DNA of 62,793 nt, from assembly GCA_041635475.1 (NCBI GenBank), contig JBFKVA010000001.1, forward strand, positions 1 through 62,793. The letters are read 5' to 3'. The stretch comes from Acidimicrobiia bacterium. GTDB lineage: Bacteria > Actinomycetota > Acidimicrobiia > Spongiisociales > JAENVV01. Made by a program: the position numbers and the translations under genes. Positions 37,920 through 47,317 of this stretch are shown piece after piece. Position 1 is the stretch's first letter. Every line of letters starts with the position of its first letter. Below the pieces are notes generated by a model that was not told the origin of the DNA, ran no database searches, and saw nothing but the letters and a program-made list of their open reading frames with translations.

Positions 37920-39911
37920 CTACTTCTGGACGATGGCGGTGAAACCGCTACCGAACTGGAGACCGGAGATGGTCGAAGTGAACGGGAACTTGAGCGCGCT
38001 GTTGTAGAACTCCGTCATCGGGGTGTCGAACAGCACGACGTATGGGAGTTCCTCGGCGAGGATCGCCTCGGCCACCCACATCGCCTCGTATGCCGCATCC
38101 TCCGTGAGGGCGTTCACGACCGCGTCAGCGGCCACGTCGAACTCAGCGTTCTGGAACCCGGTCGAGTTGTTTCCGTCGTTCACCTCGGCGAGGTACCGGC
38201 TGTGCCAGAAGGCCTCATGGAACGTCGGGTACGCAGCGTTGCCCAGGCTCCATCCGAGGAGGTACATGTCGAACGTGATCTCCTCACCAACGCCCGGCCA
38301 GATGGCAGCGACGATGGTGTTGAAGTCCGTCGGGTTCGCCTTCGCCGGAATGCCGAGGTTCTCGAGCCAGCCCTCGATCCACAGCGACGCCGTGGCGCGC
38401 AGCGGGTCGTAGGAAGCCGGCGGAGCGAGAATCTCCTGCTCCGTGACCTTGTTGCCGTCAGGATCGATGAGACCCTCCGGGTAGGACACGATTGCGCCCT
38501 CTTCGATCACGGCCTCGGTCTCCCAGGTGAAGCCATCGGCCTTGAGGGCCTCGATGGCGGCTGCGAGACGGTCGGCCTCGGACAGGTCGGCGTACCGAGC
38601 CTTGACCTCGGCGGCGAAGTCGGCGTTGTGCCACTTGGCGTTGCCCTCGGGAACCATCACGTACATGGGGAAGGCAACTCCCTGAAGAACGTTCTTCGTG
38701 AGGAATTCCCTGTCGATCATGTAGGCGACGGCCTGACGGTATCCCTTGTACTTGCCAGGGGACTTGCGCAGGTTGAAGGCCGCGTACCGCATGCCGTTGG
38801 TCGGGTTCACCGCAACCGAGAGGTTCTCGGCGGCGAGGCCCTGGTCGCGCAGACCCGGCGACACGCCGAGCGGGTTGATCCAGTAGTCGATCTCGCCGCT
38901 GACGAGGGCCAGCATGGCCGCCGACTGATCCGAGTAGATCGAGTAGGTGACCGATCCGGCGAACGGACCATCGGTGTACTCGGTGACGACGTTGCCGCCG
39001 CCTTCGCCGTACAGCCACTCACCGTTCAGGCTGTAGGAGCCGTCGTCGGTGATGATGACCTCGTCGCCTGCGCCCATGTAGTTCTCGCTGGCGGAGCGAA
39101 GGACGAAAGCGCCTTCTTCCCACGAGTCGAGAATGTGGCCACCAGCACCGGGGGTACCGGCGCCATCAACGGCCTGCAACGTGGCGACAGGATCCTCGGA
39201 CGCGAGTGCAGCGTCGACGTCGGCTTGCCACACGTGGGCCGGCAGCACCGGGGCGGTACCTGCCGCATGGGGCCAGTTGCCGAGACCGGGCTGCTTGTTC
39301 CACGTGTAGACGACCGTGTAGTCGTCGGCCGCGGAGACATCGATCAGCGCCGTGTCGAAGGCTTCCGTGTCCCACGGGAAGGCCGACAGCCAGTCACCAC
39401 CGAGGCCGACGTCACGGACGGTCGCGTAGGTGAACGCGACGTCGTGGGCCGTCATCGGGGTGCCGTCCGACCATGTGGCGTCCTGCACGAGCGGCTGGGT
39501 GATGACCCAGTTGTCGCCGTCCTGCACCGGTGCGGCGGGAAGACCGCTGGCCAGCGATGGGACCACGGCCAAGGACGGCAAGTCGATGCCGAACAGGCTG
39601 GCCGCCTGCCCACCAATGGTGTAGCTGTTGTAGACCGTGCCGTCGGCGTTGTAGTACGCCCAGTAGTTGGTCGTCGTGATGTCGGACGTCATGCCGATGG
39701 CGTACGTGAAGCCCGATGCCGCGGGCGGCGGGGCCTCCGTAGCGGGCGGGGCGTCCGTCGCGTCGGGAGTTGGAGCTTCCGTTGCGGCAGGGGCCTCCGT
39801 CGCCTCTGTTTCGTCCGAGGTTTCGCTACCAGAGCAAGCCGCGGCGATCAACGCAAATACAGCGAGGATCGCTACGAGTCGCCAGAGGTAGCCCTTCGAT
39901 GAGTTACTCAC
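37920..39911 (-). CDS. ABC transporter substrate-binding lipoprotein (family 5, OppA-like)
   Basis: GGAGGAG RBS with GTG 39911; lipobox IAAA-C; TEAP linker; TWSDGTPMTAHDVAFT. Confidence 0.93.
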   Translation of the reverse strand: MSNSSKGYLWRLVAILAVFALIAAACSGSETSDETEATEAPAATEAPTPDATDAPPATEAPPPAASGFTYAIGMTSDITTTNYWAYYNADGTVYNSYTIGGQAASLFGIDLPSLAVVPSLASGLPAAPVQDGDNWVITQPLVQDATWSDGTPMTAHDVAFTYATVRDVGLGGDWLSAFPWDTEAFDTALIDVSAADDYTVVYTWNKQPGLGNWPHAAGTAPVLPAHVWQADVDAALASEDPVATLQAVDGAGTPGAGGHILDSWEEGAFVLRSASENYMGAGDEVIITDDGSYSLNGEWLYGEGGGNVVTEYTDGPFAGSVTYSIYSDQSAAMLALVSGEIDYWINPLGVSPGLRDQGLAAENLSVAVNPTNGMRYAAFNLRKSPGKYKGYRQAVAYMIDREFLTKNVLQGVAFPMYVMVPEGNAKWHNADFAAEVKARYADLSEADRLAAAIEALKADGFTWETEAVIEEGAIVSYPEGLIDPDGNKVTEQEILAPPASYDPLRATASLWIEGWLENLGIPAKANPTDFNTIVAAIWPGVGEEITFDMYLLGWSLGNAAYPTFHEAFWHSRYLAEVNDGNNSTGFQNAEFDVAADAVVNALTEDAAYEAMWVAEAILAEELPYVVLFDTPMTEFYNSALKFPFTSTISGLQFGSGFTAIVQK
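39720..39815 (-). repeat. Low-complexity T-E/D-A-P repeat linker in the OppA N-terminus
   Basis: ATEAPAATEAPTPDATDAPPATEAPPP; boundaries approximate. Confidence 0.7.
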
Positions 39912-40071
39912 CGTGTTTCTCCTCCAGTGTTGACTGAATGTGCTTTCGCCGGTCGGTTTCCGCTGCCCGGTGACCCAAGAGGCGGACTTCTCCAGCACGC
40001 ACGCGGCGAAGCCTAGACACCCGCCAACCGCTACAGCAACCACGATGGGAGTTTGTCTGGGCCACATGAGA

Positions 40072-40097
40072 GCGGGCCCCGCCTCGGCGGAGCCCGC
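40072..40097 (-). terminator. Hairpin immediately downstream of tRNA-Pro
   Basis: GCGGGCCCCGCC-TC-GGCGGAGCCCGC. Confidence 0.55.
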
Positions 40098-40098
40098 G

Positions 40099-40175
40099 TG
40101 GTCGGGCTGGTCGGATTTGAACCGACGACCCCCAGTCCCCCAGACTGGTGCGCTGCCATGCTGCGCCACAGCCCG
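40099..40175 (-). tRNA. tRNA-Pro (GGG)
   Basis: CGGGCTGTGGCGCAGCATGGCAGCGCACCAGTCTGGGGGACTGGGGGTCGTCGGTTCAAATCCGACCAGCCCGACCA: 77-nt cloverleaf, anticodon GGG, encoded CCA. Confidence 0.96.
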
Positions 40176-40275
40176 ATCGTCGGCGAGGTTAGCCGAGCCC
40201 CGGGCTTGGACGCCGTCGGCCAGGTCAATATGCAGCGTGCGGTCGTTTCATTGAATAATCGCGAACAGACGACCC

Positions 40276-40437
40276 CTACAGGAACGGGCAGTCGTCCCCG
40301 CGGAAGAACGACGGCACGCACATGGCGAGTTGGACGAGGCGGTATCCCACGTAGAGCGCCATGAGGACCACCGTCAGCTTGAACGAGAACGGAACCGGCG
40401 GTGGCTCCCACTCCTCCGGTTCGGGCTCATCGGTCAC
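40276..40437 (-). CDS. Small single-TM membrane protein (53 aa, below the ORF track cutoff)
   Basis: MTDEPEPEEWEPPPVPFSFKLTVVLMALYVGYRLVQLAMCVPSFFRGDDCPFL; overlaps the der 3' end; GC3-rich. Confidence 0.65.
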   Translation of the reverse strand: MTDEPEPEEWEPPPVPFSFKLTVVLMALYVGYRLVQLAMCVPSFFRGDDCPFL

Positions 40438-41752
40438 GGGGAGGCCGCTTTCGGACGACGAGCTTGATCGGCGTGCCGGTGAAGTCGGCTGACTCGCGCA
40501 GGCGGTTCTCCAGGTACCGCAGGTAGTCCTCGCCGATGTCCCCGCCCGCGGTGAACAGGACGAACGTCGGCGGTTCGGTGCCGGGTTGCACCACGTACAT
40601 GAGCTTCGGCCGACGGCCCTTGCGCACCGGGGGTGGGTGCGACGCCTGCCAGGACCGCACGAGGCGGTTGAGCTCGCCGGTCCCGAGCCGGACGGTACGG
40701 GCGGCCAGCACCGCCTCCACGGCCGGACCCAACCGCCGGAGGCGGGCCCCCGTGAGCGCGGACATGCGCAGGACCGGCGCCCAGCCGACGAAGCCGAGAC
40801 GTTCCGGCACGGATCGCTCGGTCCACTCCCGCACCTCCTCGTCGAGGGCGTCCCACTTGTTGAGAAGCACGATGAGGCCGGCCCCGGCCTCGACCACGAG
40901 GTCGGCGATGCGCTGATCCTGCTGGGTCACGCCCTCGGTGGCGTCGATGAGGAGGAGGGCCACATCCGCACGGTCCACAACCTTGCGGGCCCGCTGGATG
41001 GAGAAGTACTCGGAGGTCTCGCCGACCTTGGGGGCCCTCCTGATACCGGCCGTGTCGACGAGCACGTAGCGATGCCCATCGAGGTCCACCACGACGTCGA
41101 TGGGGTCTCGCGTGGTGCCCGGTGTGGGCGAGACCAGGACGCGCTCCTCACCCAAGAGCTGGTTGAGTAGCGTCGACTTGCCCACGTTCGGCCGGCCCAC
41201 GATCGCCAGTCGTGGGTGGCCTTCGGCCACGTCGCCGGCGCCCACCTCGTCGGCGGGTAGGAGATCGACGAGGGCATCCAGGAGCTCCCCCACTCCTCGC
41301 CCGTGCAGGGCCGAGACGGGATGGGGCTCGCCGAGGCCCAGGGCCCAGAAGTCGGCAAGGTCCGCCTCCTGGGAGGGCCCGTCGGCCTTGTTGGCGGCGA
41401 GCACCACCGGGATCGACCCGCGACGGACGAGGCGCGCCACCCCGTCGTCGTCCGCCGAGAGCGAGGTTGTCGCGTCCACCACGAACAACACCGCGTCCGC
41501 CGCTCGAATGGCGGCTTCGGCCTGGGCGGCGACGTCCACGCTGAGGTCGTCGCCCTCGACCTGCCATCCACCGGTGTCCACGAGGAGGAAGTGGCGACCC
41601 GCCCAGTCGGCCTGGAACTCCCGCCGGTCACGGGTCACACCTGGCATCTCCTCCACCACTGCCTCGCGCCGCCCGAGCACGCGATTGACGAGCGTCGACT
41701 TGCCGATGTTGGGGCGACCCACCACTGCGACGATCGGCAGGCGGGCCATCAC
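40427..41752 (-). CDS. der: Ribosome biogenesis GTPase Der
   Basis: Two G domains (GRPNIGKS/DTGG/NKAD and GRPNVGKS/DTAG/NKWD) plus KH-like domain. Confidence 0.97.
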   Translation of the reverse strand: MMARLPIVAVVGRPNIGKSTLVNRVLGRREAVVEEMPGVTRDRREFQADWAGRHFLLVDTGGWQVEGDDLSVDVAAQAEAAIRAADAVLFVVDATTSLSADDDGVARLVRRGSIPVVLAANKADGPSQEADLADFWALGLGEPHPVSALHGRGVGELLDALVDLLPADEVGAGDVAEGHPRLAIVGRPNVGKSTLLNQLLGEERVLVSPTPGTTRDPIDVVVDLDGHRYVLVDTAGIRRAPKVGETSEYFSIQRARKVVDRADVALLLIDATEGVTQQDQRIADLVVEAGAGLIVLLNKWDALDEEVREWTERSVPERLGFVGWAPVLRMSALTGARLRRLGPAVEAVLAARTVRLGTGELNRLVRSWQASHPPPVRKGRRPKLMYVVQPGTEPPTFVLFTAGGDIGEDYLRYLENRLRESADFTGTPIKLVVRKRPPRDR

Positions 41753-42810
41753 TCCTGCCCGCGGGGTGTGCGCGCCAGCGCCCCAAGGGCGTCGGTCGCG
41801 GTCCAGTCGACATCGTGTTCGAGCGGCGCGGCCCCTGCTGCGCGCCCCACGCCCGCTTCGACGAGACCGACGAGGTGTCGCAGCATGGTCCGCAGTTGGG
41901 GTGGCAGCGGGAAGTACTCGTCCTCGTCGGTGACGCGCAGCAGATCAACGCCGGATGCCGGCGCCAGGCGTTCGATGACCTCCCGGATGAGGTGGTCGGG
42001 GGCAGAGGCCCCAGCCGTCACCCCCACGGTCGACCCTTCCGCAAGCCACGCCCGGTCGATGTCGTCCGCCGAGTCGATCCGATGCGCCCGGCACCCGTGC
42101 TCTTCGGCCACGCGCACGAGGGCCTTCGTGTTCGACGATGCCTCCGAACCGACCACGAGGATGAGGTCCGCCACCTTGGCCAGGGCCTCCACGGCTTCCT
42201 GTCGGTTCGTGGTCGCGTAGCAGAGGTCGGAGCGACGTGCGGTCACGACGTCGGGGAACCGCTCCTTGGCCTTGGCGAGCACCGACTCCCACTCGTGGCG
42301 GCCGAGCGTCGTCTGGGCCAGGAGGGCAACCCGCTCGGGGTCACGGGGTGTGAAGTGGTCCAGGCCCGACTCCGGCTCGACCAACGTCATCGACTCCGGC
42401 GCCTCGGCCAGGGTCCCTACGGCCTCGTCGTGCCCATCGTGTCCCACATAGATGATGTCGTACCCGCGCCCGGCCGCCTTCTTCACCTCGTGGTGGACCT
42501 TCGTCACGAGGGGGCACACGGCGTCGATGACGATGCCGGCGACGGCGTCGGCGGCCGCCACGACCTCTGGAGCCGAGCCGTGGGCGGAGAGCATGATCGG
42601 CTTGCCGAACGGCACCTCGGCGACATCGTCCACGAAGATGACGCCGGACGCCTCGAACATCCTCACCACCCATTCGTTGTGGACGATCTCGTGGAAGCAG
42701 TAGACCGGCGGCTCGAACACGCGGACCATCCAGGTCAGGGCCTTGATGGCCATCTCCACGCCGGCGCAGAAGCCCCGCGGCTCGGCAACGATGACGGTGT
42801 CGATGGGCAT
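41749..42810 (-). CDS. ispH: 4-hydroxy-3-methylbut-2-enyl diphosphate reductase
   Basis: PRGFCAGV, HEIVHN, SAHG, DAVCPLVTKVH, AQTT, CYATTNRQ, SSN, TAGASAP. Confidence 0.96.
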   Translation of the reverse strand: MPIDTVIVAEPRGFCAGVEMAIKALTWMVRVFEPPVYCFHEIVHNEWVVRMFEASGVIFVDDVAEVPFGKPIMLSAHGSAPEVVAAADAVAGIVIDAVCPLVTKVHHEVKKAAGRGYDIIYVGHDGHDEAVGTLAEAPESMTLVEPESGLDHFTPRDPERVALLAQTTLGRHEWESVLAKAKERFPDVVTARRSDLCYATTNRQEAVEALAKVADLILVVGSEASSNTKALVRVAEEHGCRAHRIDSADDIDRAWLAEGSTVGVTAGASAPDHLIREVIERLAPASGVDLLRVTDEDEYFPLPPQLRTMLRHLVGLVEAGVGRAAGAAPLEHDVDWTATDALGALARTPRGQE

Positions 42811-42848
42811 GGCTGAAAGGGTAGGCCGCCTTCCGCGCTGTCTTTCGG

Positions 42849-44753
42849 TCAGCCCGATCCTGACCGGTAGTGGGTCACCACCTGCTGCACGACTTCGTCG
42901 ATGGTGAGCGTCGACGTGTCCAGGATCCAGGCATCGACGGCCGGGCGCAGAGGGGACGCATCCCGGGTCGAGTCGACCTCGTCCCGGCCGGCCAGGCGGG
43001 CGAGTTCCTCCCGAGGGTCGGTTCCGTCCTCCAGGGCCCGTCGTTGTGCTCGGACCTCGGGGCTGGCGTCGAGGTAGATCTTGCAGGCTGCGTCGGGGAA
43101 GACGACCGTCCCGATGTCCCGGCCCTCGACGACGACGACACCGCGGGCCGACGTCACCCACTCGCGTTGTCGGTTGACGAGGTGGCTGCGGACCGCGGGG
43201 TGAGCGGACACGGCTGACACCGCGGCGTTCACCGCCGGGGACCGGATCTCCGACGACACGTCGACGCCGTCGATGTCGATGCTGCCTTGGTCGTAGCTGA
43301 TGGTCACCTCGCCCAGTCGGGCTGCGATCGCGTCGCCGTCCTCCGGGTCGATGCCGGACCGGAGCGCCAGCAAGGTCGCCGCCCGATAGAACGCACCGGT
43401 GTCGAGCCGGGTTCCGTCCAGTGCCTCGGCCACGGCCGTGGCCACCGTCGTCTTGCCCGTCCCGGCGGGGCCGTCGATGGCGATGACCGGGAGCTTCGCG
43501 GTGGCCTCGTCCAGCGCCGTCCAGAACCCTGGCCACGTCTTGGAGACGCACCCCGGTTCGGCGATTCGGATCCCGGGGACCACCAGACCGAGAAGGGCGA
43601 AGCTCATGGCCATCCGGTGATCGTCGTACGTGGCGACCGTGGCGCCGTGCAAGGGGCCGGGAACGACCTCGATCGAGTCGGGCCCGCAGGTCACCGTGGC
43701 CCCCACCTTGGTCAACTCCGTCTCGAGGGCCGCGAGGCGATCCGTTTCCTTGAGGCGGAGGGTTCCCAGGCCCGTGAACCGACTGGTGCCTCGAGCAGCG
43801 GCCGCGGCCACGGCCAGGGCAACGGCGCCGTCGGGGCAGGACGCCAGGTCGGCGTCGGCTCCTCGCAGCCCTCCTTTGGGGCCGTGCACGGTCACTTCGT
43901 CGCCCCAGTCGACCATTGCCCCCATCTTCTCGAGCACCCTCAGGACCCCCATGTCGGCCTGGGAGGAGGTGCCGGGCAGGTCGGCAACGGTGACCACCCC
44001 AGCGGTCATGGCGGCACCCACCCACGGATAGACCGCGGCGGAGGCGTCCGGCTCAACGGTGAAGGCGGTTGCCCGGTACCCACCGGGACCCACCACGATC
44101 GTCGTCTCCCCGACCTGGACCGTTGCTCCGAACGCTTCCATGACCTCGGCGGTCGTGACGAGGTACGGCCGGGACGCCGGGGATCCGACGAGGTCGAGCG
44201 TCAGGCCCTTGGGGAGGCAGGGGCCGATGAGCATGAGCGCGGTGACGAACTGGCTCGAGAGCGTCGCGTCGACGGGCGTCCGACGGCCCCGTACCGGGCC
44301 CCGGACGACGACGGGGGGAACGCCCTCCTCGCCCATGTACTCGACGTCCGCTTCCAACGTGCGCAGTGCCGACACGAGCGGCCCGACGGGGCGTTGCCGC
44401 ATCCTGGCCGTGCCGTCGAGGACCGTCGGTCCAGTGGACAGCGCCGACACTGCGATGAGGAACCGCATCGTCGTCCCGGACGCCCGCGCTTCGATCACCC
44501 GCTCGCCGGCTGCGGGACGGGCAGGAGTGATGGTGAGGGTGCCGTCGCGCCTCTCCAGCCGATGGCCCAGGGTGGTCAGGCCCGCGATCATGGCCTCGGC
44601 GTCGTCGCCGGCGAGTGCGCCATCGACGCGGCTGGTGCCATCCGCCAACGCCGCGCACACGAGGGCCCGGTTGGTGATGGACTTCGAACCGGGAACCACG
44701 ATCCGTCCTTCGACCCGTCGGCCGGACTCCATCACTCGCGCGGGATCGTTCAT
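42849..44753 (-). CDS. aroA: Fused EPSP synthase / cytidylate kinase (AroA-Cmk)
   Basis: PGSKSITNRA, SGTTMRF, SSQF, RLKETDRL, DHRMAM, KTWP, then IAIDGPAGTGKT, DTGAFYRA, EGRDIGTVVFP in one frame; start 44753 supported by TACGAT 7 nt upstream (alternative GTG 44804). Confidence 0.93.
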   Translation of the reverse strand: MNDPARVMESGRRVEGRIVVPGSKSITNRALVCAALADGTSRVDGALAGDDAEAMIAGLTTLGHRLERRDGTLTITPARPAAGERVIEARASGTTMRFLIAVSALSTGPTVLDGTARMRQRPVGPLVSALRTLEADVEYMGEEGVPPVVVRGPVRGRRTPVDATLSSQFVTALMLIGPCLPKGLTLDLVGSPASRPYLVTTAEVMEAFGATVQVGETTIVVGPGGYRATAFTVEPDASAAVYPWVGAAMTAGVVTVADLPGTSSQADMGVLRVLEKMGAMVDWGDEVTVHGPKGGLRGADADLASCPDGAVALAVAAAAARGTSRFTGLGTLRLKETDRLAALETELTKVGATVTCGPDSIEVVPGPLHGATVATYDDHRMAMSFALLGLVVPGIRIAEPGCVSKTWPGFWTALDEATAKLPVIAIDGPAGTGKTTVATAVAEALDGTRLDTGAFYRAATLLALRSGIDPEDGDAIAARLGEVTISYDQGSIDIDGVDVSSEIRSPAVNAAVSAVSAHPAVRSHLVNRQREWVTSARGVVVVEGRDIGTVVFPDAACKIYLDASPEVRAQRRALEDGTDPREELARLAGRDEVDSTRDASPLRPAVDAWILDTSTLTIDEVVQQVVTHYRSGSG

Positions 44754-44796
44754 GATCCGAATCGTAGGGCCGGACACCCGGGGCTCGTCCCCGGCA

Positions 44797-45546
44797 TCAT
44801 TCACCTCTCGGGGTGTCGGCGGGCCTGCCCCCCGAGGCGGCCTTGTAGAGCGAGCGCACCTCCTGGAGCGTCAGGGGGCGAAACCTGCCGGAGCGAAGTG
44901 ATCGATCGGACACGGGACCGATGGCAGTCCGAAAGAGGTCGGAGACGGGATGCCCGATGGCTTCGCACATCCGACGGACCTCCCGGTTGCGCCCCTCCCC
45001 CATCGTCATCTCCAGCAGGGTGTGGTCGCCACGGCGGTCGATGATCCTGGCGGAGAGCGCCGATGCGGGCCCGTCGTCGAGGTGGACACCGTGGACGAGA
45101 CGTCGGGCATCGGCGTCCGCGACATGGCCGGACACCCGAACCGAGTAGGTCTTTGCGACCCCGAAGCGGGGGTGGGTCAGGCGAAGTGTGAGCTCGCCGT
45201 CGTTGGTGAGCAGGAGCAGTCCGCCGGAGTCCATGTCGAGGCGTCCCACCGGGTGAAGGCCGGGGTCGTCGGGTACGAGTTCCATCACGGTCTGCCGCCC
45301 ATGCGTGTCCTCGACGGTGGACACGACCCCGACCGGCTTGTTGAGGAGGTAGTAGACGAGACCGGGCCGGACCGGGAGTTCGACTCCCCTGACCGTGACG
45401 GTGTCGACGTCCGGGTCGACCTTGTCGCCGAGGGTGGCGCGCCGCCCGTTCACCTTCACATGTCCCTCTGCGATGAGCACCTCGGCCGCCCGGCGAGAGG
45501 CGAGGCCGACACGAGCGATGACCTTTTGCAGGCGTTCAGTCGCCAT
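44797..45546 (-). CDS. rluB: rRNA pseudouridine synthase (RluB/RsuA family)
   Basis: ERLQKVIA...SRRAAE S4 domain, LNKPVG, VGRLDMD, EGRNREVRRM. Confidence 0.93.
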   Translation of the reverse strand: MATERLQKVIARVGLASRRAAEVLIAEGHVKVNGRRATLGDKVDPDVDTVTVRGVELPVRPGLVYYLLNKPVGVVSTVEDTHGRQTVMELVPDDPGLHPVGRLDMDSGGLLLLTNDGELTLRLTHPRFGVAKTYSVRVSGHVADADARRLVHGVHLDDGPASALSARIIDRRGDHTLLEMTMGEGRNREVRRMCEAIGHPVSDLFRTAIGPVSDRSLRSGRFRPLTLQEVRSLYKAASGGRPADTPRGE

Positions 45547-46093
45547 CGGCGCCGAACCCCGCCTCCAGGCTGTCCAGGAAGCTGGCCGGTGGCACATGAT
45601 CGGCGAGGTCCGGCAGGTCCGCCATGGAGTCGACGCCGACCTTCTCGAGGAAGAGATCGGTCGTCGCGAACACGGCCGGGTTCCCGGGGATCGGCAGACG
45701 TTTGGCCTCCTGGATGAGCCCCCGGCGCTCGAGGGTGCGGAGTGCCGCCTCGGAGTCGACGCCCCTGATCTCGGACACCTGCGCGCGGGAGACGGGTTGC
45801 TTGTAGGCGACCACGGCCAGGCATTCCAGGGCCGCCTGCGACAGCCGAGCTGCCGACGGCGACGCCGCGAACCGCTCGACCCATGGGAACGCCTCTGCCC
45901 GGGTGACGAGACGCCACCCACCGGCTGCCTGGCGCAGTTCGATGCCTCGGCTCACGAGGGACGCCCCGAGCTTGGCCAGCTCTGCCTCGACCTCCTGGCG
46001 GGGCACCTCCAGCACCTCGGCCATCTCGGCGACCGGCACCGGACGTTCCGCCACGAAGAGGAGCGCTTCCAGGATGGCGTCGGTCTCCATCAT
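45536..46093 (-). CDS. scpB: SMC-Scp complex subunit ScpB
   Basis: LEALLF, LSQAALECLAVVAYKQPVSRAQVSEIRGV, TTDLFL. Confidence 0.95.
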   Translation of the reverse strand: MMETDAILEALLFVAERPVPVAEMAEVLEVPRQEVEAELAKLGASLVSRGIELRQAAGGWRLVTRAEAFPWVERFAASPSAARLSQAALECLAVVAYKQPVSRAQVSEIRGVDSEAALRTLERRGLIQEAKRLPIPGNPAVFATTDLFLEKVGVDSMADLPDLADHVPPASFLDSLEAGFGADGD

Positions 46094-46815
46094 CGCTCCG
46101 CTCGTTTGATGACGATGTCAGACAACCAGTCCTCCTGGCTGACCTCGAGCAGACCCCAGCGGGCGAGCTCGAGCAGCGCGAGGAAGTACGCGACAACCTC
46201 CACTCGCCGCTCGAGGTCGGACACGACGGCGTCGAACGTCGTCTCGATGTCGTCGGCGAGGCGGCGCCGGAGGTCCTCGATCGCCACCTCCACCGAGGGG
46301 AGATCGAGATCGAGGTGGTCAAGCTCGGGCTCGCGAGGCCGTCGCAGGATCCTGATGGCGAGCGCGGCCAGCCCCACTGCATCGATCGGGACCCGCACCT
46401 CAACCGTTTGCTCGCCGACCTCTTCGGTGATGCCAAGGGTCCGTGGGAGGTGACGGGCTCCGTCCTGGAGTCTGAGACCGATGACCGCGGCCACGTCCTT
46501 GAAGGTGACGCAGGCGAGAAGGCGGCTGAGCAGGCGGTCACGCTCTTCCATGAGGGCCAGCTCCTCGTCGAGGTCGAGCTCGGCCGTCGTGGGCAGGAGC
46601 TGGCGGGCCTTGAGCTGGATGAGGGTGGTCGCGATGAGGAGGAACTCGCTCGTCACGTCGAGGTTCAGGACCCGCATTTCGTCGAGGTAGGAGAGGTACT
46701 CGGTGACGAGGTCACCGAGGCTGATCGCGGTGACATCGACCTGGTGGCGGGTGATGAGCTGGAGGAGGAGATCCAGTGGACCCTCGAACGCCGCCGTCTT
46801 CACCTCGTACGTCAT
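46090..46815 (-). CDS. scpA: Segregation/condensation protein ScpA
   Basis: FEGPLDLLLQLI, SEFLLIATTLIQLKARQLLP, FLALLEL. Confidence 0.95.
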   Translation of the reverse strand: MTYEVKTAAFEGPLDLLLQLITRHQVDVTAISLGDLVTEYLSYLDEMRVLNLDVTSEFLLIATTLIQLKARQLLPTTAELDLDEELALMEERDRLLSRLLACVTFKDVAAVIGLRLQDGARHLPRTLGITEEVGEQTVEVRVPIDAVGLAALAIRILRRPREPELDHLDLDLPSVEVAIEDLRRRLADDIETTFDAVVSDLERRVEVVAYFLALLELARWGLLEVSQEDWLSDIVIKRAER

Positions 46816-46822
46816 GCCTGCC

Positions 46823-47317
46823 TCATCGCTCGTGGTCCCCCTCCACCAGGAGCGCCCAATCCCCAGGGTCGATCCCGGGGAGTCGCGCTCCGTGGTGCGC
46901 GGCCGCGAACCCGACCACGACACCGTCGAATCCCGCGTGCTCGAGCTCCCGGGCGCCTACCGGACCGTGGTCATTGTAGAGGCCGAAGCGGGATCCCTCG
47001 TGGGTTGGCCGACGGTGCAGCACGGTGGCGATCGTACGCCCCACGGCACCGAGGCGAGCGTGGCGCTTGCCGATGTCGTGGAGCAGGGCTGCCACGGGCA
47101 GGTCGACGCGGTCTGGCGCGCGGGCATTCACGAACCGGGCAACGTCGTGGGCGTGGCGTTGATCGGGGATCGGCTGGGCCCAGAAGAGCCCAGGGCCCGG
47201 CCCGGATCCGAGCCGGCCGGCAACCCAGGCCTGCTCGGATGGGCGAAGCGGCTTGGCGAAGAGGACGGCGAAGAACCTTCGGATGAGGTGGCGTGCCGTC
47301 CTGGACCTCCCGGTCAG
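46823..47317 (-). CDS. HD domain-containing protein; start probably non-canonical
   Basis: RHLIRRFF, DQRHA, AALLHDIGK, YNDHG, HH, D; no ATG/GTG/TTG between the upstream stop and the conserved-looking N-terminus. Confidence 0.75.
   Translation of the reverse strand: MTGRSRTARHLIRRFFAVLFAKPLRPSEQAWVAGRLGSGPGPGLFWAQPIPDQRHAHDVARFVNARAPDRVDLPVAALLHDIGKRHARLGAVGRTIATVLHRRPTHEGSRFGLYNDHGPVGARELEHAGFDGVVVGFAAAHHGARLPGIDPGDWALLVEGDHER

Noticed and set aside
37857-39902. Long antisense or alternate-frame ORFs (e.g. 37857-39902 +, 14838-16895 -, 23084-25240 -, 60569-62449 -)
   Set aside because: Shadow ORFs expected from high-GC codon bias opposite or overlapping well-supported genes; R/P/G-rich with no motifs.
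40099-40175. tRNA-Pro as an island integration site for the opp operon
   Set aside because: No duplicated tRNA 3' end or adjacent integrase was seen, and composition looks like the rest of the window.
41749-44025. Apparent long N-terminal extensions in the ORF track (ispH 758 aa, pyrG 726 aa, acyl-CoA ligase 771 aa, OppA 749 aa)
   Set aside because: The extensions overlap upstream genes in another frame; the true starts are marked by family N-termini and by RBS or -10 elements.
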